A DNA stretch of 64,000 nucleotides from assembly GCA_030141605.1 (NCBI GenBank), contig JAQGDQ010000227.1, positions 124,001-188,000 of the forward strand, given 5' to 3'. Shown here in pieces: positions 52,117 to 64,000 of the stretch (position 1 is its first letter; every line of letters starts with the position of its first letter). Origin of the DNA: Tubiluchus corallicola. Taxonomy: Eukaryota; Animalia; Priapulida. The position numbers and the translations under genes are program-made. A model generated the notes under the pieces. The model was not told the origin of the DNA, made no database searches, and saw nothing but the letters and a program-made list of their open reading frames with translations.

Positions 52117-54495
52117 ACTTGATTTTTCATTTTTATTCATCATCAGCAAGCAAGCGATGAATCTATAAGCATTTACTGGTTATAAGTAACTAGTAAGGTC
52201 TGTTGTTAAATGTGATAAGTAGTGAAATATCACATCAAGTATTACAGCTTTTATATATTAATCTAAATAATCCTTTAACAGTTCAGATTGTTTGCAAGTG
52301 TTAAATTGCTCTGAATCAAATGATTTTGCAGTAACCTGGGTCAAGGTGTTGTAATATTTGATAAAGTAACTGCTTTATCACACTGCATTTTGTCGTGGAA
52401 TATATAACTTAATATTGTGTTTAATATTTATCTGAATTACCTAACTTAGTAATTATCATACATTGGTTATAGTTTTGCTAGTGAAAGATGGCGCATTTAT
52501 TCCCTAAAGGGTGAGTGACAAAATGAATTAATACCATCACTTTCATATTATAAATATCAGATGTAGAAAATGAATAATTTTTTTTTGGAGTTGCTTTTAG
52601 TTGCATGAACTTACTCTAATTTTAGTAAATGTTTTTTTTTGAGTTATAGAAATCTATTCACAGCTTCACATATCTTGTTTTCCATATTTCCAGCTTGACT
52701 GTCATTTTTTCAAGGTCATGGAGTGTGACTTATGGCTGCTGAAACTGTTTACTGGATACCTAATTGCAGACAGTATCCGATTGCCACATGCTGAAGAGCA
52801 TCTCTTTTTATTTTTGTCTGCTGCTTGTAATTTTAGATTCAGAAACTCCTGAAAAAAAGTCGTGGTCGCACATGGTAGTTTTAAGAAAATAATTCTGAAA
52901 GAAATAAAGTTTCACTCCTTTGCTTTCTTGTAGATTGATGCGTAAGAAATATATTCACTAAGCGAAATATAGTTATGTAGATTTCATGAATAGAGTCTGC
53001 TCAGTGTGAGATAATTCAAAAATGTTAAAAGATGGACACCTGTGGTTTTTTTGTGCCAGTAGGTGTGACTAAATGATAATGTAAACTATCATTGATATAT
53101 TACAGAATGGTGTTGCTATAAATTTTTGTCAACTAGTGAAGTGACAAGATCTGCTACTTTGTGTCTGGCAAACTGAATGTTTTTTAGTGTTGAAGCCGCC
53201 TTTATTTAGAGCTGCTGGAGTATTTTTAGAGTTATGTGTGACCTTTATGATGAGAGTGTGTGAAAATTTTTTTGTACCATGGGATTGTAAGGTCTGATTT
53301 ATGGTCTGGAATAGTAAAGCTTGATTTACAGATTGGAATTTGTATATGTCATTGTTTTGCTCATTCCTAAGACAGGACTAGGTTATTTCCTAGCGTTTAT
53401 TAGCGGCCTCTCGGTAAAACGTACGAAGAGAAAAGTTCTTTATAAATGAAATTGCATATCCATTAGTATCAGTTACAATAACTATTTCATTTACGATTTT
53501 CATCAGTTGTATTGGTAGTAGTGGCAGAAGCAGTAGTATTAGTATTAGTTGTATCGTCATCATTATTATTTTTTAAATTGTTATGCATTTAATAGTCAGA
53601 CCTTTCCAATGTTTATGCTAAAATCACGCACTGGCATGATTATGTTAATGCAGCTTTTGGCTGAAATAATTTTCTTAAATATGAAATTTGCTTTGTTTGC
53701 TAGAAACTTCTAGTTTTTTTGTATAATATTTACAAAAATTTTAATGCTCAACACTGTTTATTTATTTCTTTTTGTGGCGATGTTAAGAAGATAAGTTCAA
53801 ATGTAAATTTCTAATGATTGAATGTTAATAGTACTCATTATACACATGAAAATATTTATAAAAAGGTGAGTACTGTATTTCGATTGTTTATGATGCCAAC
53901 ATTTCAATTAAGAATATTTGCATTCACATTTTGAATTTGTATTAACAACAAGTTGTTACAAAATTTCTTGCTTGGAACTTTTAAATTGTTGTTTTTTAAA
54001 TTTTGTATCATGTTTTCTGTACTAAATTAAATATGTGCAATTAAAGTTATGTGCAGCGTGTAAAAGGTGCATGTGAATATTGCTTATGCAAACTACTTAC
54101 TGGTAGAGGTAACATTTAAGATAATTAAGCTGCAAATGTGCATGTAGTTGCTGTATGGGTTCTAGGCAGTGTAATTTTGGAATTTGTCAGCATAGAAGAG
54201 TTTCCTAAATTTTGCAATTTGATATTTGAACTTTGAAGGTGCACATGGTAATGAGTCAGGTAACAATGTTTTGGCCCTACAATGCAACTGCTGGTACCTT
54301 TTAACATATATTCAAATTTACTAAAATCTTGCCCATATTTTGTCACTGGGAGATTTTATGAGCTGGAGCTGTTGGTGGTGACAAGTGGGCATAGGGATTT
54401 TCTGCATACCATGACAACGGGAATTCTGTGATCGCAAGTATACGCGTGCATCTGCTAAGCCGTGGTATCGGCCGACATTTAGCATAGCTTTCAAC

Positions 54496-54946
54496 TTATT
54501 TTATTTTTTATTTTTATCATTTCTGTTTTACCAACGATTCATTTTTCTTAGCAATAATATTTATTATATTGGGTTAACAAGTCCACAAGATTCTTGTTGT
54601 GAATAGTGAAAGTTCTACCTTGACGGTACTTATAAAAAACCCATGGCTGCATTCCCTGTTTGGGATGTATAATTATTTTTTTAGCTCATATTTTTTCTAT
54701 TAATTGGGATATCAAATCTCCTTATTTTATTTTTTATCTTTGTCATCTCTGTTTAACCAACGATTCATTTTTCTTAGCAATAGTATTTATTGTATTGGGT
54801 TAACAAATCCGCAAGTTGCTTGTTGCAAATAGTGAAAGTTCTATCTTGATGATACTTATAAAAAATGCATGGCGGCATTCCCTGTTTTGGGATATATAAT
54901 TATTTTTCTTTAGCTCATATTTTTTCTTTCAATTTGGGTGTCAAAA
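54496..54946. repeat. Diverged tandem duplication of about 226 bp
   Basis: CCAACGATTCATTTTTCTTAGCAATA at 54531 and 54757, colinear afterwards. Confidence 0.85.
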
Positions 54947-57900
54947 TAGAGCTTTTCCTTGTTAAATAGTTGGTAACATTAAGGATTAACTTAATCCATT
55001 GTCAGTGGTATTGTTATTGAAATAAGTTTGTTAACTTTCTTATTGCAATGTTTTTATTGTTATTGACAAGCTTTAGGTTTTGATAAAAATAGCAAAATAA
55101 TTTACCGTTATTATATTAATCACTTATTTATCAAAAATGTTGTTAACAAACTTTTGCGAGTTGTTTTAAATTGTCTATATTCCATACAGCAAAGACGTGT
55201 TAGAAGAATTAATTCTCCTTATTGTTAAACATATGTTAAAGCAGTTTAGAAGTTGTATCATTTCATGATCTAATTAGATTAACTCACACTTGTGATAATT
55301 GGAATTGTGAAATAAATGTATTGTGTTATAAATATGGCAAAAACTTCATTGGATAAAATTGTTTCATTTTGTGTGTTATGACATTGTAGGATGTTGGGAA
55401 GTGCATCAGAGTTATTAAGAAATACTGGAAAAGACATGCATACAGTGCTGATTGTATGCGTTGTATAAGCCAGAACTTCTATTACATTAAGACTGGTATC
55501 GAACTTATTAAGACTTGCTTGAAAAACACGCAATTTGCATACATTTGACAAGCAAGCCAAGGTTTCTATTATGCTAAAATAAATTAAAGAACGTTAACGA
55601 CGAGCTGTTTTGGTTTAATTTAAACGTTACATGATGTATCTGCATGGATAAAGGTTTTAGACTTTACTGACTGAAAGCTATAAGATGCCACAAAGTGGTG
55701 TTGTTTGCTTTATTCGAAGTCTTCTTTGAAGATGCCGTAAACTGCAATTTCTTTTAAAGCTGGTGCCTGCTTTAGGCTGGTTAGACATGCTGCTGTTGAT
55801 TTTTTTCACACAAAACCAGATGGTTCCTCTCTTTCACTAGCCGACAAGATAAACGTAGAATTTTTGCGAAGCACTGGAATAAAATTATGTGACTTGAACA
55901 TTGTTAATGATATGTATCCTTCCAGACTAGTGTGCCCTTCACTCTCCTAAAAGTCGTGTTGCGGTTTGAAAATGTAGATTATTGGGAAATTTACCCCCAA
56001 TTTTATAGAGATAGAGCAAGTTTAAGTACATTTCATTCTGTTTACAAGATGTCTGTTATGTAAACTTGGAAAGCAGGTGCTTGAGTGTGCCTTTTTGTGG
56101 TGTTATGAGTTATATCTTTGAACAAGGGAAAGCTTTTCTTAAAATTAGTCAGGTTTTGTAATTTTTTCACGTGATCACTTTTATTTTTTGGGAGCACTGA
56201 AATGATTTTTTTATAGAGTGTGAAAACATGCAGTCCAGTTACTCCTGGGCTTAAATTTAACAATCTCCCCTTATATTCATTTTTATTACTCCTAATGTAC
56301 ATTTTGAAGATAAATGTTAGTAACTTTTTGTTAGCGTATGCTAGTGATCAAATTGTTTCTTAGTCTGTTATTTTTTTTGTAGGTAATTTAGTTTTTAATG
56401 TGCCTTTATTGTTTTTCACACAATGTGGTTTGCCTAACACATTCATTTAATTGTTTCGAATGAGTCCACTCTGTTCACAGTACATTTCGTATTTTCATGT
56501 TTGTATTTAACGTTTATTTCGCCCAAAAACTTCCTGCATTGTTTTAGGCTGGGGCTTTGCTTTGCCAAATGATAGCATGTTCAAATTTCATTTTTCTCAT
56601 TGTACTGATAATCTTGTCTGGTTATGCAAGCGATTGTTTCACGAGAGTTATTTTCTCTTCAAACGCTTCTTCATTGCTTTTTTTATTTACTGTCTTGGTT
56701 GTTTATCTATATAGACATTTTTTTTACAAAAATTTGTTAGTAAATCGCTCATTAAATCAAGGCGTTACAAGGAGATTTCATCAACTTCAGATGGGTCTTT
56801 GATGTGAGGGTTCTCTGACAATGGTTACTGTTGGTTGCTACCAAACCGTTGTCAACAATTTTATTTATCGTGATTTGTTACCTTCCATTAAGTTGCTCCA
56901 AACCTTAGTAAGCTAGTATGGCATTGTTTGACAGTCTATGCTAAAAATAGTGTACTTCAGTATTGAGATCGAGTGCTCCTCAAAGGTAGAGTTTAGACGA
57001 ATATGTTCTGTTGGAAAAAAACTTAAGAAATGGAATTACAGTTATTATGTAGTTAGACTCACTTATTTGATTTTATTATCTGAATTTGTTTTTCTTAGAA
57101 AAAAAGCTTGGTTTATTTTTTATATTGTTGTGGTAAAAACAGTTTCAGAGAATTATTCCTGCTAGATACGTTGTGCCTTCATTTTTGTGGGGTTTGTTTT
57201 CTGGAAGACTAGTGTCACTCTGGCCAGGGGCTACAAACGGGAAGCATTATTTGATTTAAAGGATAAGGAGAGAAGGTGTCTAATGTAAAAAGTGACGTTA
57301 TTTATATATATATATATATATACGTACATACGTACATATAAGGTGTGGTGAAAATAACTTTTTTTGTCCACTCTCTTTACGACTTTTCCTACTTTCGAGG
57401 TTTGATGAGATACTAACATGGGTAAATTTTCAGCTAGATTAAACTTTGGGAACACATGTATGTTATATATGTTCATTTTTCTTTGAATTGGCAACATTTA
57501 CAGAAAGAGAAGTGGAAGGAAAGATATCTGAGAAAAGAATTTGCTGGAATAAGGGAATGACTAGAAGATCCTGCAAACATAGCACAATCTTTATATAATT
57601 AAATGCATTAAATTGACTATTTAACTAAAAAATTAAGATATACTAAATTTAACTTGTCTTAAAATTATTTAAGTTTTTATCACCCTATTTCTATTGTCAA
57701 AAAATACAAAAGAAACGTTTGGTCACATGAAGAAGCACTGATGCAGAAGCCTAACGAAGAAGATGTGGCGCACAAGGTGGTGTAGCTATTGATAGATGAA
57801 ATATAAACAATGTCACTATATTATGTACTAATAAACAAAAGCATAAACCGTGCCGCACTAATGAGTGAATCGATGAGTATTTCTTAAGAATGTTTTGAGC

Positions 57901-60368
57901 AATGTCAAATATAATTGTGTTTTGGTCATGGATTAGAAGGGGTACTACTATTTAGGAGCATACTAATTAGATTCTATTATCTGTATCAAAGATAATGTTA
58001 AATGGGATATTTATGGGATAACTGGGATAACTTACGTATAAGTTGCTCTCTACTTACAGCACATGGAGGGCATTAAAATCATAAAGTTTCACGTGTTCTC
58101 TCAAAGGCAGCATGCCAACGTCTTCTAGTGGCCCTTCTTTATTTGTCTGGCAACCTTGATATTAGTTCATCAGTTTCAGTCTGGTGATGTACTTCTTAGG
58201 CAGATTTTATGTATAAGTGTTAATGTCTGCCTCTCATTTAGAAAATACTCTTTTACATTTCACGTATTTGAGCATGATGCTTTTCAAGTACATTTGCCTT
58301 GATTACTGCTTTCAGTGTAAACTAAATCAAATACCCCATTAAGACTTGCTGGCAGCCATAGTATCCTACAAGGCAGATTAATATTATGCTGCCTCTCAGC
58401 TTTCATTTAAGCATATGTACATCTGCATTTCTAATAAACCAATTATTGTATTTGGTTAAAGGATGGAGTACTTTCCTCTCACAATGTACGTTTGCTGCTT
58501 TAATTTTCGAATGCCATGTGTTCAATTTATGCCAATTATATTTTGCATCCATTGTAGGATTATTTTTCTGCAGTTTGGCACGTTACTTATGAATGGCTTA
58601 CTATTAAATTTCATCTACAGAGGAATTATGAAAATTTTTATTGGGTCTTTGTGTTTGTACTGGAACTCTTTTGTGGGCAGCTTTTGTACAGAATCAGCCT
58701 GCGTGGGGTATTGATTCATGCATCTTACACTGGCTGTATACAGCTACTATGGGCACTCTCTCCATGTAGCTTTTTGTTAGCATGTAATGTACTGGATGAA
58801 CATTATTTGACCAAAAAGTTTTTAATAGCATTGTTTTCTTTGCTTCTGAGATTAGTGAGCAAAATTTACTGGAAAATTTCCATCCAAGCATCTATACAAT
58901 TATGGGTCTATTGTCGTTATTAAATGTTGTCAATTTTCCTGGCATTGTCTTGCTAATTATTTGTTCCAACCTTCTGCATGTAATGGTGAGCGGTGTATGA
59001 TTTTTCCATTAAACCATAAAAAATCTATTAGCATTTTGTGCTTGCAGTGGGCTGATATTTTTGCATAGATTTCATGCTTCGCACTTTTGTGTGAGAGAGG
59101 TGGCTTGACTGCTTTTACGTTATGTTTATTTGCTCCTAGACAACCATGTGCCTAGTGTTTCTGGTGGAATTTCAATTTTCTCCATTTTGTTTTCATTTTT
59201 TAGTTATATTCTTGAGACTCAGGGTTTTTTAAATCCTGGTGCTGTATAGTGTGACATCAATTTTAAATAAATGAACCTGTATTTAGTTCTGAGGCATTTC
59301 ACATTTATATTTAATATTCTTGTGCATTATTTAATGTTGCTCAAATGGCATGAGGTTACTTATACATTTGGTGTCTTATCACACTCTTGGTTAAAACAAG
59401 CGTAAAACCGAGACAAACCATGTGAGCCTTCAGAAAGTAAATCAGGCAAGATCGTTCACAGAAACTGTTATAAACAGTCGAAATGAATGCTGATCTTCTG
59501 TTTTTGCCTATATTTAAGTGCAAAGTAGTTGTGTATGTACCATTTTACAATTGTGTAAATGGAGTGCAATGATACAGTCAAAGGTGAAATAAACTATTTA
59601 TATATATTTATATGTAAAAGCGAACATATGTCATCATTTATGCATAGTATGCTGGAGGTTTATGAAAAAGTTTTGCTGTTTTTGCTGCCCTTTAGGTATT
59701 GTTAGTGATACCATTTCAAGGTTCCCTAACTATTAACCCGTGCTGTATTGCCAGTGCTATAATTAGTAACTGTCATTATTAAGGAAGAGAAAATTTTTCT
59801 TGGCTCGATTGACTTGCAGTGACTTCCTTATTGGGACACTTAGTAATTTTGGCGAATAACTTCTACGGATCTGTATAGTTTATAGCGTGATTTGTATGTA
59901 AAAGTACTGTCATCGTATGAATACTGTTCATATTGAATAGTATTTTGCACATTTTTCCAAGCTTGTACTTACAGAATCTTAAATGATAATGAGAATAATT
60001 CCATTGGGGATAATTATTCCTGTAAAGCTGTATTTACATTTCAAGTGGCCTCCTGCAAGCTTTAATTGCTGTAATTAGGGAAGTCAGACAACTTGGTATT
60101 GCTCCGGCAATCGTATGATTTTGCTAGTAGGCATTTTCAAGCTTCGTCTTCTAATTACAGTTTTTCCTACTAGGTTTCAGATTTCCCATGGACACTTTTA
60201 ATTGCGATTGTATTATAATTAGTTTGCACTAGTTACTGGAGTCAACTGTAAGTAAAGCTCATGAGGTTTCTAGACCTTACCATGTTGTCAGCTGCTGTAT
60301 GTAGATGATAGATATTTGTAGTATGGTTTCAAGTATGTATCCTTTAGATTATCCTTTAGACATAGGAT

Positions 60369-60725
60369 CGGGCCCAGATTATCTTATAGAATAGTATCAG
60401 TTGTTGCCTAAGGCCCCCCAGGCTTTGGTAACATTTGGTGAAATACGTGCTAATCTGGTTTGCAATGAGTAGTAAAATAAAGGTATTTCTAAAATAAAGG
60501 TATCTGGTATTTTTTAAAGAATGTTTTTATCTTCAGAGATAAGTAAGCTATTCTAGTTTATTTAAAGAATTTGCAACAGGATTTCTTCAAGCTATGTAAA
60601 TGTTGCTAAAATTTATCGCAAGTAAAAATGTGCAAAATGGATGTGGGTGAGTTAAACGGTCTCCTTCTGAGGGGCCCCCACATCTTCATTAGCCTAGGGT
60701 CCCAAAAGGTCATAATTTTTTCCTG
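60369..60725 (-). mobile_element. Shorter copy of the 20287-21347 outer MITE
   Basis: GAGGGGCCCC..TTCATTAGCCTAGGGTCCCAAAAGGTCATAAT is the reverse complement of about 20297-20345; CTTTGGTAACATT also shared. Confidence 0.6.
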
Positions 60726-62650
60726 TATAGCATAAATCAGAAAGGCTGTTGAACAGGTATTTTGAATTTGAAGTAGTACTAGATCATCAAATCTTTTACT
60801 TAGTTCCCTGTTTCACATAATATAACTTTCTTAATATGAAAAAAACACATCATACCCCATGTTTTAAATCGTATGTCAATTTATATTATGATTGGATAGG
60901 TGCTAATCTACAATTTTGATTGCTAATGAAGCATCATTAAATTTATTAGCTTTTGTTACTTTGAATATTTTTAAAATTTTTGACACTGCTGCTATGATTG
61001 TCATTATGTTTCTTGCTAGATTTTTTAGTTAGCACAAATGAGGAAAAAAGTTAAAACTGTTGCCACATCATTTTCTAAAAAAAATTTTAAGCAAAATATT
61101 TTTGATGCCAGAAGTTTTTTTTTACTGAACTATGTTATTGTGGTTGTTAAGCACATACTGCCTATTGAATTTAGTGTTTCGTAGCTGTACCTACTTGGCT
61201 GAGTGAATTAAATTATAGTTAAGGGATCAGTGATCACTGCCAACAATGGTTGAATGATTATCAAATGGCTGGGATATTTTGACTCTTTTTGCTTTTGTCT
61301 GCTGAGCTTTTATCTATCTATATCATTCTCACAATGGCCAGGTACGTAGTCAGTCTTACCTTAATTTATAATGCTGATAAGCAAGCAGTTGTGGAGATAA
61401 CCTCTATACACAAACTATTTAACTTATAATTCTTACAAGTTCAAGTATGATCACTATGTTTTTATATATTCAGTGTGCTAGGTCTTTATATGTAAACTAA
61501 AATCATATGAATATTTGTTTAGTTTAATACCATTAATATCATTATTTTCATGATTTACGTTATATAAAAGCTAGTTATTTTAATATGGTTCTCTCTTACA
61601 TCACCCGATTTACATGCTATAGAATGTTTTACAGATATTATGTATGCGTATAAAATAATAAATATTTTATTTGCGTTATATAGAGGTACAGAGAGAAAGA
61701 AACCCATTTTTTGAAATGCCATATAGCCGTATATTTTTATCCGTTTTGTATTTAAATTTAGCAGAACAAACTAGAAACAACTTAGCACAAGACCTTTACT
61801 AAGAAAGTCTAAAAAATTAACGTTTTATGCTCGATACTATCACCAAGCCCTTCAAATAAAAAACTAGGAATTAGTATGATTGTATTGTATTGATTTTGCT
61901 GTTATTGCTTTGTATACTAGTATGGCTGTATTGCTAGTTAAGCAATTGATCAATTCAGGCCTTGATTGAAGTCATTGAAGTCCCTGAAAAAATTTAATGT
62001 AATTAAAAAAGTCTTAAAAAAATAAATTCTAAATGTTTGTTTTTTTTATAGAAAATGTGAGCTTTTTATGTTAAATGTGTTGAAATCTAAAAAAATCATT
62101 TTAATGTGAAACTTGGTACTATTCATAGTACATAAATCTGCTTTCATGGCAGAAAGTTTCATTCCAATTTATTCGAATGCAAACGGAAATAAATTTTTAA
62201 CAAAATTTTTAAAAAGGCTTACTTTTCTTTTGCCCACCGTTATGTAAAGCTACAAATAGTCTAGTTCTGTTTAATTGTGTTGCCACTATGTATCCCATTA
62301 CTGGTGAATTATCATTACAATATAATTAATGCTTAAATTAAATTTTGCTTTGCTGTGCCACTACATGAAGTGATTCTGGTACATTGCTTACTTTGGCAAC
62401 ATCATTACTTTGTATAGATGTGCCTGTGCAGCATATCAGGTAATGACATATTTATGAAATTCTGCATAAATGTAACATATTTTGATAACTGAAGCTGAAG
62501 CAAAATATATAAGGAAGTTAATAAATGTGTTTTTCATAACAGCAGCGGCATTTCCCGTATTAATGTGTATCAAAATGTGTACTGAAACGTGCTTTCGTTG
62601 TGTTGTTTAATACTTTACTTTTATGTAGTAACAAGTTTGTTGAAATTATT

Positions 62651-63750
62651 TTAAAGCACAAGAAAACCCTCCACTTACATAAAGCTTAAAAAATTCGTCT
62701 TCAAATTTTATACCACTTACATACTGCCTTTTTGCTTATATTGGCAGTAACACTGTATAGAACTTGTAAATTTAAACTCCTGTGATAACCGTTAGATGCA
62801 GCCATTTTGATGACAAGTCATTTGAAACAAGTTTAGATAAAACTAAATAAAGTTTGAAAAAATAATCAGAGCATTTGCATCACACACGTCATTAAGTAAA
62901 ATTTTAATTTATTGTATCTTGTCAGTGAAGTTAAAAATACATTTTTTGGTTAGTGAGTCAACGACATTTTACCAATCGGTGAAAACATTTTTAAATAATT
63001 AATAATTTTCTTTTCTAGTTACATAAGTCTTTCAAGCAGGTAAGCGAAATGCTAGGTAGTATAACTTTGCATGGAAAGCTTTTGGGACATAGTTGAACAT
63101 TTCTTTTTCTTCCCATGATTTATGTTCTGTGCATATGACGCCATGTAATGGCACGGCCGGAACAATATTGCTTGAGATTTAAAATGAAAAACCTTTATGC
63201 GAGTACGATATACGCTTAAAATTGCTATAGAGGAATATAATTTTTAAGGCGCATTTTCTGAAACCACTTCATGTATCCCTAGGAAGTGTTAAACTATGTT
63301 CCAAAAAACCTTCCAAGCAAAGTTTTATTACTTAGCATTTCGCTTACCTGCTTGAAAGGCTTACATAACTGGAAAAAAATTATTAATTATTTAAAATGCA
63401 TTCACCAGTTGGTAAAGTATTGTTGACTCTCTTCCGGGGTGCACCACTCGCTAACCAAAAAACGTATTTTTAATCTTATAAACAAGATGCAGTAATTTAA
63501 AGTTTTATTTAGTGTTGTATGCACTATGAATGCTTTGGTTATTTTTTCATACTTTACTCAGTGTTTCAAATGACTTATTGTCAAAATGGCTGCGTCTAAT
63601 AGTTCATCGTGGGAGTTAAAATTTCTGTGTTTTATACAGCGTTACTGCCGACGCAAGCCATGTATGCAAAAAGGCAGTATGTAAGTGGTATAAAATTTGA
63701 AGTCGAATTTTTTAAGCTTTATGTAAGTGGAGGGTTTTCTTGTATTTTAA
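62651..63750. mobile_element. Two family B copies in inverted orientation (62651-63280 minus, about 63290-63750 plus)
   Basis: Outer ends TTAA-AGCACAAGAAAACCCTCCACTTACAT and ATGTAAGTGGAGGGTTTTCTTGTATT-TTAA are reverse complements. Confidence 0.75.
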
Positions 63751-64000
63751 GGCATACGCATGTTGTGAGAAGGTGCTATTTTGTTGTGTATGTAAAAGTT
63801 TATTACTAAATACCTGATGTATTGATATATAGAATTGACTAAAATGTAGCATTCACAATGCAACTCAGCATTTACATTTCCACTTTTTGTCTTATCCTTA
63901 CCAGCTGCTTCAGTTTGTAAACAGCATAAGTCATGTAGGCGTTGTCAGTGTTCATATTAATGGAAAAAAATTCCAAAAATATAAATTTGTCCAGTTTCAT

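Noticed and set aside
57202-57214. TGGAAGACTAGTG, identical to the first 13 nt of miR-7
   Set aside because: The 3' half does not match and no precursor hairpin is apparent; likely chance
28000-64000. Remaining 60-126 aa ORFs in the right half
   Set aside because: Compositions typical of random AT-rich DNA, many with non-ATG starts, and no domain I recognise; small true exons could still have been missed

Overview
AT-rich invertebrate (metazoan) genomic DNA with spliceosomal genes and many non-autonomous transposons. Left half: first coding exon of CDK2 (- strand, continues off the window), a complete two-exon proteasome alpha-3 subunit gene (PSMA4, +, with a GC-AG intron), and a complete casein kinase II alpha gene (CSNK2A, -, 12 coding exons, about 386 aa) whose 3' end shows candidate alternative splice sites. 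Right half (about 28-64 kb): no recognisable protein-coding exon, but the T/G-rich + strand suggests the 5' part of a very long + strand transcription unit. It carries several CpG-richer regulatory islands. The most striking signal is a family of 12 divergent, non-transposon composite elements, TGACAnTAAATTTAATy-(phased A-tracts)-ATTGG, between 33.9 and 49.1 kb. In 11 of 12 copies the two ends are 41-43 bp apart (four helical turns). They co-occur with octamer, X-box, GC-box, YY1 and CTCF-like sites and orphan splice donors. All calls were made by eye; no database search was run.
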